This document shows, one piece after another, positions 30,108-40,085 of a stretch of 64,000 nucleotides of DNA. The stretch spans positions 65,401 through 129,400 of the forward strand of contig CBDCEW010000096.1 in the NCBI GenBank assembly GCA_965215885.1. The letters run 5' to 3'. Numbering within the stretch: position 1 is the first letter of the stretch; each line of letters opens with the position of its first letter. Below the pieces are notes generated by a model. The model was not told the DNA's origin, searched no databases, and worked only from the letters and a program-made list of their open reading frames with translations. The translations under genes and the position numbers were made by a program. This DNA comes from Candidatus Moanibacter sp. (GTDB lineage Bacteria; Verrucomicrobiota; Verrucomicrobiia; Opitutales; UBA2987).

Positions 30108-33077
30108 CTAGGTTTCCATAATCCTACGGACGATCTCATCGATCGAGAGGGCGGCGATTTTTTCGGGTGCGAGCCGATTGGGGTGGAGTTGAGGTAGTTC
30201 GACAAGTCTTTCGGAGAGGCAGAGGTGCCGATTTGCACCTACTTCGTCGATGCGGGTGACAGGTGTAAAGAGGGGAGTGCTGTTGAGCACTTCCGGCTTT
30301 TCACGAATAATTCGGAGTATCGCCAGCACAGCGTCGGCGAAGCGGTCCAGTTCCGATTTCGAGTAACTCTCGGTCGGCTCGATCATGACGCCATATCTCT
30401 CGGGCCAGGCAACAGTGGGAGCATGGAATCCAAAGTCGAGAAAGAGCTTACCCACGCGCGTCATGGCATCGGCTTTGCGCACGTCTATCTTTTCGAGGCG
30501 ATCGAAGTCGGCCGCTTCGAGGGTGAGAATAAACTCGTGCATGCGCGGGACCTCGCCCGAGCCGGCCGGCAGGGTCGGGTATTCCTCTCCGAGGCGCTTA
30601 AAGAGGTAGACGGCGGAGAGGACGGCGACGGCGGACATTCTCCTGATTCCCTCGCGGCCCAATCGGCGGAGGTAGCTGTAGCAGCGAACCTTGTGGGCAA
30701 AATTTCCCCAATGGCGGTGCATTGAACCGATACTCTTTGCGGGCTTCTTTGCCACATAACGGCCCCCTTGCTTTTCGATTATGTACCCGGGAAGATATCG
30801 GGCGAGTTCCTCGCTGACCGCTACGATGGCGTCACCCGGCCCACCACCACCGTGCGGAATGGTCCACGTTTTATGGAGATTGTTGTGAACAGCGTCTACA
30901 CCCATGGCGGAGAGATCGATCCAGCCGGCGATCGCGTTCATATTCGCGCCGTCCATGTAGACGAGCCCACCGACAGAGTGGATCTTCTCCGCGATCTCTT
31001 TGAAGCGACTCTCGAAGATGCCGGTGGTGTTGGGGTTCGTGACCATTATTCCGCTGATGCGATCGCCGAACTCGGCAACCTTTCTGTCAAAATCGTTCAT
31101 ATCGATCGAGCCGCACAAATCCGCCTCGAGCAGAACGATTCCCTTTTCCCGTTCACCGTGGCCACCGCTATGATATCCGGCCATGGTAGCGGTGGCAAAA
31201 TTTGTACCATGTGCCGATCCGGGAATCAGAATCACGTCCCGCGTCTGATTGGAGTGATCCCGGTGGTAGGCCTGAAACAGTTTCAGAGCCAGCAGCTCGC
31301 CCTGGGCGCCGGCGACGGGCTGGGTCGTAACGGCGGAAAGGCCGGTAATCGCCTTAAACCACTCCTGGATCTCAAAGAGGACTTTCAGGCAACCCTGACT
31401 GTCTTCCAGGGGCGCCTGCGGATGCGCATCGGTAAAGCCCTTGAGGCCGGCGCCCCAGTCGTTGATGACGGGGTTGTACTTCATTGTGCAGGAGCCCAAC
31501 GGGTAACAGGCGTCGTCGGGGCTAACGTTCAGTTTGCCCAGCTGGGTGTAGTATTCTTTGATTTGCTCCAACGGGATTTCCGGGAGGCCGGGGGCCTTCG
31601 CCCGGCGCAGCCGTTCGGGAATCTCCGGTAGCGGGCAGGTCTCGGAACCCGATCCGAGGAGCGATTCAAAAAATCCGGTGAGCTTCGCAATGTCTCGCTC
31701 TTTGTCGGAGAAGGAGAGTTTCAAGAGAGAGTCGCCACCGCCTTCGATTCTATCGGATACGTCTATTCCGATATGTAGATCTGATTCTCTTCCCTGCTCG
31801 ATTGCCTCGGCGGCGGATACGGGCAGGCGCAGGACGAACTCGTTGAAAAAGGGTGCGTCGGGGTAGGCCAACGCAATTCCGGGTATGGTAGAGAGACCCC
31901 GGGCGGCCGCAACGGCTTGTTCGTTGGCTCTGCGGCAGGACTCCTCCATTCCGCTTTCGCCGCGGCCGAGAATGGCTGCTCCCGCCAGTGTTGCGAGAAA
32001 TGCCTGATTGGAACAGATATTCGAGGTGGCCTTTTCCTTCCGGATATGCTGCTCGCGGGTCGAGAGGACCGGCACGCGGCATTGCCTGCCGTCGAAGTCT
32101 TTCGCCTTGCCAACATAGCGGCCGGGCGAGGCACGAACAGCGTTCTTTACCTTTTCGTTGAAGCGGACGCCAAATATACCGAGACCCGGCCCGCCGAAGT
32201 TCGGGCCAATTGCGAGATGCTGTCCTTCGCCTACAATGATAGCGGCCCCGAATCTGCCGAAATCGGACGGAGGTTTCAGTCCGTTCGCTGCCAGGAGCAT
32301 GGGATCGATTAATGCGATGCTCAATGCGTCCGCTTCGCGGCAGAGATCCGCCAGAACATCCACATCTTCGACGATCCCCAGAGTGTTTATTTGGGGAAAG
32401 ACAATTGCCGCGAGCCGCCCTCCAAGCCTTGAGGCCTCTGCGCGCAATTCCTCGCTGTGGATTTGACCGTTTTTCTGATCCAGCGGCAGCTTGATGAGCT
32501 CTATCCCGGTCCCGACCGCAATGGTTTCGATCACCTCAAGATCTCCCGGATAGAGTGCCTCGGGAATGAGGATGGTGTCGGCCTTTCGCTTAAGGCGGAG
32601 AGCGACGCAGATGGCTTCGTAGAGCGCGGTGGCGCGGTCGTAGAGGGATGCATTGATCGCTTCGAAACCGGTGAGCATTGACATCAGGCACTGGTATATC
32701 CAGTGGCTGATCAGGGTCCCTTGACTCCGCTCCGCCTGATAGGGGGTGTAGGCGGTGGAGAGATTGCGTTTGGCCGAAACGAAAGGCACAATCGGGTGGA
32801 CGCTGAAGTCGGGCAGACCGTCCCCGATGAAGGATTCGTGCCGGACATTTTGCGATGCGATTGAGGCGAGTTCGGCCTGGAGCGATTCGTACTCGAGTTC
32901 GTCCGGCAAGTTGGGTGGTTCCCTGAAGAAGCAATCCCGCGGGATGTGCGCAAAGAGATCCTCGAGGGATTCCATTCCCACGGCCTGCAGCATGGAATGG
33001 ATATCCTCCTCCGTGGCGGAGATATAGTGTCGCTGTAATTCGCGCGGGAATTCGGCGGGGCTAAAATTCAGTTTCAT
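30108..33077 (-). CDS. gcvP: Glycine dehydrogenase (glycine cleavage P protein), single chain
   Basis: TAYTPYQAERSQG, REQHIRKEKATSNIC, PLGSCTMKYNP, NLHKT..IPHGGGGPG. Confidence 0.96.
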   Translation of the reverse strand: MKLNFSPAEFPRELQRHYISATEEDIHSMLQAVGMESLEDLFAHIPRDCFFREPPNLPDELEYESLQAELASIASQNVRHESFIGDGLPDFSVHPIVPFVSAKRNLSTAYTPYQAERSQGTLISHWIYQCLMSMLTGFEAINASLYDRATALYEAICVALRLKRKADTILIPEALYPGDLEVIETIAVGTGIELIKLPLDQKNGQIHSEELRAEASRLGGRLAAIVFPQINTLGIVEDVDVLADLCREADALSIALIDPMLLAANGLKPPSDFGRFGAAIIVGEGQHLAIGPNFGGPGLGIFGVRFNEKVKNAVRASPGRYVGKAKDFDGRQCRVPVLSTREQHIRKEKATSNICSNQAFLATLAGAAILGRGESGMEESCRRANEQAVAAARGLSTIPGIALAYPDAPFFNEFVLRLPVSAAEAIEQGRESDLHIGIDVSDRIEGGGDSLLKLSFSDKERDIAKLTGFFESLLGSGSETCPLPEIPERLRRAKAPGLPEIPLEQIKEYYTQLGKLNVSPDDACYPLGSCTMKYNPVINDWGAGLKGFTDAHPQAPLEDSQGCLKVLFEIQEWFKAITGLSAVTTQPVAGAQGELLALKLFQAYHRDHSNQTRDVILIPGSAHGTNFATATMAGYHSGGHGEREKGIVLLEADLCGSIDMNDFDRKVAEFGDRISGIMVTNPNTTGIFESRFKEIAEKIHSVGGLVYMDGANMNAIAGWIDLSAMGVDAVHNNLHKTWTIPHGGGGPGDAIVAVSEELARYLPGYIIEKQGGRYVAKKPAKSIGSMHRHWGNFAHKVRCYSYLRRLGREGIRRMSAVAVLSAVYLFKRLGEEYPTLPAGSGEVPRMHEFILTLEAADFDRLEKIDVRKADAMTRVGKLFLDFGFHAPTVAWPERYGVMIEPTESYSKSELDRFADAVLAILRIIREKPEVLNSTPLFTPVTRIDEVGANRHLCLSERLVELPQLHPNRLAPEKIAALSIDEIVRRIMET

Positions 33078-33097
33078 ATTTGAATCCGAGAATTACT

Positions 33098-33352
33098 GGG
33101 CCCGCTAAACACGCGAAATGACGCGAAACCGGATCGTGCGTATTTGAGGGCTGAAAAGTTGGGAGGGGAGATTAATTTTCTACATACTGTTCTATTTTCC
33201 ATTTCGCCTCGTTTCACCGCGAGGGTAGGAAGCTCGCTTGCGAGCGATTCGAACTTATGTGTGGCCCCATCGGCCGCAAGCGGCCTTCCTACGCCTGACG
33301 GTCTTAGAAATTCCATTTCGCTTCATTTCGCGTGTTTAGCGGGCAAACATTC
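33098..33352. repeat. Composite ~250 bp element: GCCCGCTAAACACGCGAAA inverted ends plus an internal GTAG REP doublet; inverted copy at 55699-55942
   Basis: Ends at 33100-33118 and 33326-33344; REP doublet at 33225-33292; colinear with the reverse complement of 55699-55942. Confidence 0.85.
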
Positions 33353-33389
33353 CTCGAGATCTCGCAAGTCCAGCTCAGATAGATCAGGA

Positions 33390-36071
33390 CTAAATGCTTC
33401 GTGAGGCAATCCGAGACGAAAATGTGCTTAGCAGCTGGCCGGCATAGGGCTGAAGGCTCTCGTGCTCGAAGCAGTAGTGCATGTCTTGAAAGCGGTCCCG
33501 AAACCTGGCCACTTCGTCGGCTACGCTTCTGCCTTTGACCGCATCCGCGAAGAGCTCCGCAAAGGCCTCAAAGTCATTCTTCTTCATCCCGAACCGGGTC
33601 ATCTCCTGAACCCCTGTCCGTATTCCGGAGCTGGCTGTAAAACTCTCGTCGCCGGGAAGGGCCTGAAAGTTGACGATGATGTTATTTTCCTCGAGGGTCA
33701 GCGCCATTGCACAACCCTTTGAATAACCGACATTTACAATCACCTGGTGAGTCTCGGTGAAGTCGAGCGCGGGGTCGCCCTCAACGTGCACGCCGTGATT
33801 GTTAAGGGCCCGTGCAAACGCCTTTGCATTGGCCAGGACCTGTTTCTGGTAGGGCTCTTTAAATGTGTTCATTTCAATCGCAGCCATTAGCAGGCCAAGA
33901 AGAGTGCCCAGATGGTGGTTGCTTGTCATTCCCGGAAAGGAGCGGCGACGGATCGCCCTCCAGAGTTCGTGCTCGGGAGCACCTTCCACGAAATTAGCGC
34001 CAATGACTCCGCGCTGGGTACCGAAAAACGTCTTATGGGTGGAGCCTGTGACAATGTCGGCGCCTTCTTCAAACGGTTCCTGAAAATGGCGGCCAATCAA
34101 GCCGAGGACATGGGCCATGTCGTACATGATGATAGGCCTGGATGCTCGTCCCTGGACGGCCTTTCGAATTTGGGCGATAGGCTCCGGGTGTAGAACCATG
34201 CTTTTACCGAATATCATCAGTTCGGGATCCACCGTATCGAGCAGGCGGACTGTTTCGGCTACGTCGATTTTGAAGGGGTTGTCATGGCAGACGGGAAAAT
34301 TGATGACAGCAAATTTCTCGGTGACGGGATTTTTCGCCACGTAGTCACGCAAGGCCCCTATCGTCTGAGAACTCAGATGGCCGCCTTTGCCCAGGTGGTT
34401 GTTCATGACCAGGCGCATGCGACGCGCCTCACGGCGACGGTCGACCCGGTTGATGAAGTCTACCATCGCGCTGAATACAGCCATATTCGACATCTGACCG
34501 CTGACGGGGCGAAGTTCCACCAGGTCGCAGCCCATGAACTTGCGCATCTCCTCCGTAAGCTGGTTTTCCACCCAGGCGATGAAGTCGATTCCCTGGTAAT
34601 AGTAGATCTCTTCACTGAAGGCAGCCAGGAGTTCTTTGTGTTCGGCGTAGCGTCCCACGGGATCCGATACCTGGAGCAACCGAACGAGCGGGGAAGGCGT
34701 CATCTCGGAAGGTATCAGGTTGACACATCTCCGCTGCCGCCACTCGTGATTCTCAACGCTTCTGGTGAGAAGCAGGCGCACGCTGTCAAGGCCCTCTTCC
34801 ACTGCCTTCTCTCTAACCGGCATCTCGTGGTCGAGTGTGATGGGGTGGAAAAAGGGCGGCGCTTCAGAACGGCCGTGCCAATCGACGATGCGGGCCTTGA
34901 GGGGACGATTTCGCACGATGACATCGACTTCCTGGCCGGGGTGCAGGTCCGTATCCAGGTTGGCGAGGGCGATGGCGCGCCGGCCGGACTCCTCAGTTAT
35001 CCTCATGGTCGCGCCGTCCCCTTCAAAGATCCAGTACGGTATCATCGTGCCGCTTGTGACCACTCCAACTTCGCGCTCCCCTATGCGAACCGCGTCACCG
35101 TGGCGGGCTATTCCGCGATCCAACAGGGCGACCGGCTGATTACGGCGAGGAAGGATCTCAGGGTCGACTTGCAGACCTTTACACAGCTTTCTGACCTCCT
35201 CGAATTGGCGCGTCAGCGCCTGCCGGCCGATGTAATCACCCTTGCTCGCGGAAAAGCTGATCCCGGCGCTTGCCAGTGGAAAGGTGTAAGCGGGCGTCTC
35301 ATTCCCGGCCGGATCCAGACCATATTCGTTTCCATAGAGGGGGAGCCCGGCCTCCAGCCGAAGGGTGTCCCTGGCGCCCAAACCGACTGCCAGAATCCCT
35401 TTCTTCGCGCCCTGCTCGATAATGCGCGTCCACAGGCTTTCGATTTCCCCTGCCGATAGAAAGACTTCAAAACCGATCGGTTCACCGGAGTATCCCGTGC
35501 GGCATATCCGTACGCCGGCGCCGGCGATGACAGCTTCGGACAGCCGGTTATGAAAGGGTTCCGGGAGATCACCCTCTTCAAGCAGCTCTTCGAGAATTCG
35601 CCGTGAGAGCGGCCCTTGAATCGAAAACATCGCTATGCTCCGCGTAACGTCCTCGATTAACACGTCCTGAAAGCCGGCCAGCTGCGCCTGGAGATGCTCC
35701 CAGTCGGTTTCGTGATTTGCTGCGTTTACGACGAGAAGATAATCGTCGTCGGCAAACCGGTAGAGATAGGCGTCGTCAAGGAGGCCGCCTCGCTCATTGG
35801 GGATGAGCGTGTATTGCGCCTGCCACGGTCCCACCGCTCCCACGTTACTGGAGAGAACATGTTGAAGGTAGGCCACCCGGTTTCCCCCGCTGATGCGAAT
35901 CCGCCCCATGTGGCTGACATCAAACAGTCCTCCGGATTTGCGGGTCGCCAGGTGCTCCTTGATTATGCCGTTGGCATACTGCAGGGGCATCTCCCAGCCC
36001 CCAAATTCCACCATCTTCGCCCCGTTCGCACTGTGCCATCCGTGCAGGGGAGTCTTCCTTAATCCGCTCAT
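33390..36071 (-). CDS. gcvT: GcvT aminomethyltransferase fused to a serine hydroxymethyltransferase domain
   Basis: N-half: KTPLH, FGGWEMPLQY, FDVSHMG, RTGYSGE, GLGARDTLRLEAG. C-half: NLIPSE, GGHLS, DMAHVLGL, STHKTF, FPGMTSNHH. Confidence 0.93.
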   Translation of the reverse strand: MSGLRKTPLHGWHSANGAKMVEFGGWEMPLQYANGIIKEHLATRKSGGLFDVSHMGRIRISGGNRVAYLQHVLSSNVGAVGPWQAQYTLIPNERGGLLDDAYLYRFADDDYLLVVNAANHETDWEHLQAQLAGFQDVLIEDVTRSIAMFSIQGPLSRRILEELLEEGDLPEPFHNRLSEAVIAGAGVRICRTGYSGEPIGFEVFLSAGEIESLWTRIIEQGAKKGILAVGLGARDTLRLEAGLPLYGNEYGLDPAGNETPAYTFPLASAGISFSASKGDYIGRQALTRQFEEVRKLCKGLQVDPEILPRRNQPVALLDRGIARHGDAVRIGEREVGVVTSGTMIPYWIFEGDGATMRITEESGRRAIALANLDTDLHPGQEVDVIVRNRPLKARIVDWHGRSEAPPFFHPITLDHEMPVREKAVEEGLDSVRLLLTRSVENHEWRQRRCVNLIPSEMTPSPLVRLLQVSDPVGRYAEHKELLAAFSEEIYYYQGIDFIAWVENQLTEEMRKFMGCDLVELRPVSGQMSNMAVFSAMVDFINRVDRRREARRMRLVMNNHLGKGGHLSSQTIGALRDYVAKNPVTEKFAVINFPVCHDNPFKIDVAETVRLLDTVDPELMIFGKSMVLHPEPIAQIRKAVQGRASRPIIMYDMAHVLGLIGRHFQEPFEEGADIVTGSTHKTFFGTQRGVIGANFVEGAPEHELWRAIRRRSFPGMTSNHHLGTLLGLLMAAIEMNTFKEPYQKQVLANAKAFARALNNHGVHVEGDPALDFTETHQVIVNVGYSKGCAMALTLEENNIIVNFQALPGDESFTASSGIRTGVQEMTRFGMKKNDFEAFAELFADAVKGRSVADEVARFRDRFQDMHYCFEHESLQPYAGQLLSTFSSRIASRSI

Positions 36072-36357
36072 TGTTGATCGTTCGGGATGCTTAAATCGTG
36101 GAGAGAAGGCAAATGGAAAATATATAAAGTGGTTGGACAACCATTGTAACTTAGAAGAGGCGCAATCTTCGCCGGATGTGAAAAGAGCTGGGCATTTGGA
36201 AGCCATAAACCGTAGAAGTAGTGTAGAGAATGACGTAGCGAAAATTCGGATTCGGACTGGCCGGATGACGAATGCACGCTACTCTAAGGGGCTTTTTACG
36301 AGAAAATCGCGCGCAGGGCGCTGTTAGTCAGATTATTTCACAGAATAAGCGGACTAG

Positions 36358-36540
36358 CCCGGACGTTTCACAAACCTTCTACTGCGACGACGGATCTCAC
36401 CGCGTGTCAATGCCTTACCTTGTCCGGCGACCTCAGAGGGTTTCAATCCCGGCAGGCCGGGATCGCCCGCCGTGCTTCGAAAAGGCATTGACACGCAACG
36501 ATCTACGCCGTCTCGCTACGAAGTGTGTGAAACCTCCGGG
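36358..36540. mobile_element. 183 bp MITE with CTAG flanks
   Basis: CTAG|CCCGGACGTTTCACAAAC ... GTGTGTGAAACCTCCGGG|CTAG; internal stem GTGTCAATGCCTT/AAGGCATTGACAC. Confidence 0.75.
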
Positions 36541-36568
36541 CTAGAAAGCGAAACGAGGAAGTTTCAAA

Positions 36569-37562
36569 ATGGAGACTACTCGAGAATTCCGAAAACTGAT
36601 TCGCAATTTAGATGCACAGGATTTTGTTGCATCCAACATGATTACACTCTTGCCCGGCACTGCTGTTGATACTCAACAGCAAACGGCTCAAGCCTTTTCT
36701 GATAAGTGGAATCGATTCGATTATGACTCTCCGGAATTCGAGAAACTAGCGAGGATGCAGAAGGCGTGGTATCTGGATCTGTATGGTTTTTCAGAAGAAT
36801 CCGCGTTGGCCAGGTATCTACAGAATTGTCAGGTAATTTTGGATGCGGGCGCCGGTATGTGCTACAAGGCGGCCTGGTTTGCAGAACTGAGCCCGGCATC
36901 ATTAGTTGTGGCTGCGGATGTTTCCGATTCACTTCTCAGAGCTGCCGAGTACTACAAGCGTCTGAATAATCTGATCTTTGTCAGGTGTGATATCGGTCAG
37001 ATGCCATTCTTTGAGGATGGACTATTTGACTATGTATCCTGTGATCAGGTGATTCACCATACAGCGGATCCCTTCAAGACTTTTCGAGAATTGGTCCGTG
37101 TTACTGGATCTGGCAAGGAACTTTCAATATATGTTTACCGTAAGAAGGCTCTACCGATAGAATTAGTAGACGACTACTTTCGGGAGTGCAGCAAGACACT
37201 TGATCACAGCAAACTCATGGACCTCTCTCGGCAGATAACAGAATTGGGCCGGCTTTTGAGTTCAATTGATGTGGAGGTGGATTTCCCGGAGATCCCGGCA
37301 TTGGGCATTGAGGGTGGAAGGATGCCACTACAGCGATTCATCTACTGGAATTTCCTCAAGTGTTTCTGGAACGATGAACTCGGGTATCACAATTCGCTAA
37401 TGACAAATTACGACTGGTATGCCCCCCTCACAGGCTTTTCGATATTCAGAACAGGAGTTCAAGAACTGGATCAGAGTGGAAAAATTGAAGGAAGTCCACT
37501 TTCACAAAGAACAAGCCTGTTACAGCGGGCGCTTCTCGAAGCCGTCAAGAAAGGCAAATTGA
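36569..37562 (+). CDS. Class I SAM-dependent methyltransferase; frameshift at the C6 run 37422-37427
   Basis: ILDAGAG, FDYVSCDQVIHHT. The natural C-terminus (SQAFRYSEQEF...CYSGRFSK) is in a shifted frame ending at 37562. Confidence 0.85.
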
Positions 37563-37876
37563 GATGGCTCGATAACTTTCCTGGGCTCTTTCGCATTGGG
37601 TACTTGCCTGGGAATGAGCCCTTACGGACAGGGAGCTTGGGCGGATAAGCTTCAGGGTGATCTTTCCACCCATCTCGAGATGGCAGTGCCCTATCTGGCA
37701 GAGACGGCAGTCACCTACTATAACCGCTTTTATGGGAAAACATGCCAGGGACCTCGCCGGAAAAATGCTTGGCATGATTCCAGTTTGGACCTTTACTGAA
37801 AACCGAACGTTGTTGTGTGGCTTATTGGCTCTCGCTACGTGCGCCGCTTCGGTCCGCGTCACCGGCCGAGTCCGGC

Positions 37877-38326
37877 ATGATTGCCGGAGTTGTCAGCGCA
37901 TATCTTGAGGCGCTCGTTCGCCTCACCTTGCGTGGTCCTGGAGGGCAGGAGGAAGAGATTGAAACGGTCATCGACACGGGATTTGATGCTGCACTCAGCC
38001 TTCCTCCCACACGCATCGCGGCCCTTGGTCTACCATGGCGGAGATGCGGACGTGCGTTGTTGGCAGACGGTAGCGAGAGTCTGTTTGACATCTACGAGGC
38101 CACCATCGTGTGGGACGGCACACCTCGACGCATCGCTGTGGACGCAGCTGACACCGACCCACTCCTGGGCATGGCCCTGCTCTATGGCTACGAACTGACG
38201 TTGCAAGCTGTTGAAGGTGGTCGTGTGATTATCCAAGCGTTGCCGTGCTTTCATTCGTTGCCATTCAAATCTTGGCGTGTCAGAATAGAAGGCTTCGAAC
38301 CAATCAATGGAGGCAAAGGCTATTGA
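37877..38326 (+). CDS. Clan AA aspartic protease (retropepsin-like)
   Basis: VIDTGF, LADGS, PLLGMALL. Confidence 0.85.
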   Translation: MIAGVVSAYLEALVRLTLRGPGGQEEEIETVIDTGFDAALSLPPTRIAALGLPWRRCGRALLADGSESLFDIYEATIVWDGTPRRIAVDAADTDPLLGMALLYGYELTLQAVEGGRVIIQALPCFHSLPFKSWRVRIEGFEPINGGKGY

Positions 38327-38478
38327 TCAACTTCTCCAGGAGAAAAGGAAACCAACAAAAACTATCGAGGTTCCCGTATATCCATATGAACCAGATATCG
38401 TCTAAAACCAGGGGGTCGAAGTCAACGCCGGCTGACGCTGTGGTGGCTCAATTTGACGTTCGGTCAGAGAGTTGAGAG

Positions 38479-38616
38479 ATGGCGGAATACGGTGAGTGGA
38501 ATCGCAAAGGGGCAACCCTCAGCGAAGTGACGGCGAAGAAAGAATATGGCGTGGACCGGGAGTTCATTGTGAAGGGTATTCAGGCCGGCAAACTCGAATA
38601 CCGGGAAGGGGCGATC
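38479..38616 (+). pseudogene. Hypothetical protein fragment cut off by a palindrome
   Basis: MAEYGEWNRKGATLSEVTAKKEYG...LEYREG runs into the 38617-38672 palindrome. Confidence 0.5.
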
Positions 38617-38672
38617 TGTGTGTTACGCCTCAGCTTAATCCGTGCACGAATTAAGCTGAGGCGTAACACACA
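38617..38672. repeat. 56 bp near-perfect palindrome
   Basis: TGTGTGTTACGCCTCAGCTTAAT-C-CGTGCACG-A-ATTAAGCTGAGGCGTAACACACA. Confidence 0.95.
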
Positions 38673-38703
38673 TGTGGGTCGGTCGGTCGCCCGATGAAAT
38701 GAA

Positions 38704-38739
38704 TTGACGGCAAGATGAGTTTGTGTGAGTGTTCACACA
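38704..38739 (+). promoter_or_regulatory. Putative vapBC promoter/operator
   Basis: TTGACG at 38704, and palindrome TGTGTGA-N4-TCACACA abutting the ATG. Confidence 0.5.
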
Positions 38740-38933
38740 TGCCTACAAATTTATCCATCGACGACAGGCTCCTCAATCGAGCGTTGCGGATCGGAGGAAG
38801 GAAGACGAAAAAAGACACTGTCAATGAGGCGCTTAGGGAATATGTCCGACGGAGAGAACAAAAGAAGGTCATCCGGCTTTTTGGAACTGTCGAAGACGAC
38901 GGGTATGACCCGAAGAAATTCCGGAGGCGTTGA
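38739..38933 (+). CDS. vapB: VapB antitoxin (RHH)
   Basis: MPTNLSIDDRLL...TKKDTVNEALREYV. Confidence 0.9.
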   Translation: MPTNLSIDDRLLNRALRIGGRKTKKDTVNEALREYVRRREQKKVIRLFGTVEDDGYDPKKFRRR

Positions 38934-38936
38934 GGC

Positions 38937-39332
38937 GTGGTCATCGTCGATTCCGATGTATGGTCTGAAGCCTTCAGAAGGAAGGCCAATAGATGGAGCC
39001 CGGCAGTCACGGCGCTGCATGATCTGATTGATCGCGAGGAGATCATCATGATTGGTGCGATCCGCCAGGAGGTGCTTTCAGGACTCAGGGAAAAGAGGAA
39101 GTATGAATCGATCAGGAAGGCACTTCGCAGTTTCCCTGACGAAGAGATCGGCACGGCCATTTACGAGCTGGCAGCATCGTTCTTCAATGCATGCCGGAGT
39201 CAGGGTATACAAGGCTCACACACGGATTTTCTCATCTGCGCCTGTGCAGTTTCTTGGAAAGCCCACATTCTATCGAAAGATAAGGACTATATTCGATTTC
39301 AGAAGAATATTCCTATCGGTATTTACGAATAA
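38937..39332 (+). CDS. vapC: VapC PIN-domain toxin
   Basis: VIVDSDVW, IRQEVLSG, TDFLICA, SKDKDY. Confidence 0.92.
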   Translation: MVIVDSDVWSEAFRRKANRWSPAVTALHDLIDREEIIMIGAIRQEVLSGLREKRKYESIRKALRSFPDEEIGTAIYELAASFFNACRSQGIQGSHTDFLICACAVSWKAHILSKDKDYIRFQKNIPIGIYE

Positions 39333-39489
39333 CCGGCGAACCAAGCGCTCGATGACAAATCGGGCTAATCGCCATCTCGACAAGTCGGAATCGCGACGTT
39401 TCGCTTTCACGCCGCGAATCTCGGTGCTCTTTGTTAAGGTGGGTAATCGCGATCGGATTAAGGTCCTGATGTTGAAGGGCGAAGAATAT

Positions 39490-39957
39490 ATGGGAGATTA
39501 CAACGTGGTCGAACCGCTGCGGCTTGAGCCCCGCGACATCGCCAAGGCCGGAGACATGCTCATGTGGGCCACCCTACGCCCCGACGGCCGCCAGCTCGCC
39601 GCCGTCGGAAGGGGATCGAATGTTACCCTCCACGACCTCAGCCTCGAGCCCGCCGCGCCCCGACTCTTGGTGGGCCACGAACAGACCGTCTTCCGCGCCA
39701 TCTGCAGCCCCGACGGCCGCCAGCTCGCCACCGTGAGCGCCGACATGAAGGTTCGCCTCTGGGACCTGGAAAGCCACAAGGAGCTCTTCGCCCTGCGCCT
39801 GCCGACCCAGCGTCTACACGGAGTACCTCTCTGGGACTTCGACTTCCGCTGCACCGATCGGGGCGAGTGCTGGATCGCCGTCCCCCTCACCATGGGCCGA
39901 CTCGCCCTCTATCAACTGCCCTACGACCACCTGCCGCAATCCCTCACCAACCCATAG
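39490..39957 (+). pseudogene. C-terminal fragment of a WD40-repeat protein
   Basis: GHEQTVF...SPDGRQLATVSADMKVRLWDL; only about 2 repeats, too few for a propeller. Confidence 0.65.
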
Positions 39958-40085
39958 CCCGCATATTGCAAGATGTCTCCCGCTATCTGCGGTATTGAAG
40001 TTCCGCGAATAAACTCGATACACTCCAACATCGTCGCAGCTCAACAGCGAGAATGGACAGATTCAACTATTAATCAAAAGCAACA

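Noticed and set aside
34284..35459. Long antisense and alternative-frame ORFs (e.g. 34284-35459, 14614-15711, 30768-31631, 25208-26002)
   Set aside because: They are shadows of well-supported genes in GC-rich DNA and carry no recognisable motifs.
36072..36350. Glycine riboswitch upstream of gcvT
   Set aside because: No GGAGA...CTCTCAGG aptamer motifs were recognised on the minus strand here or upstream of gcvH.
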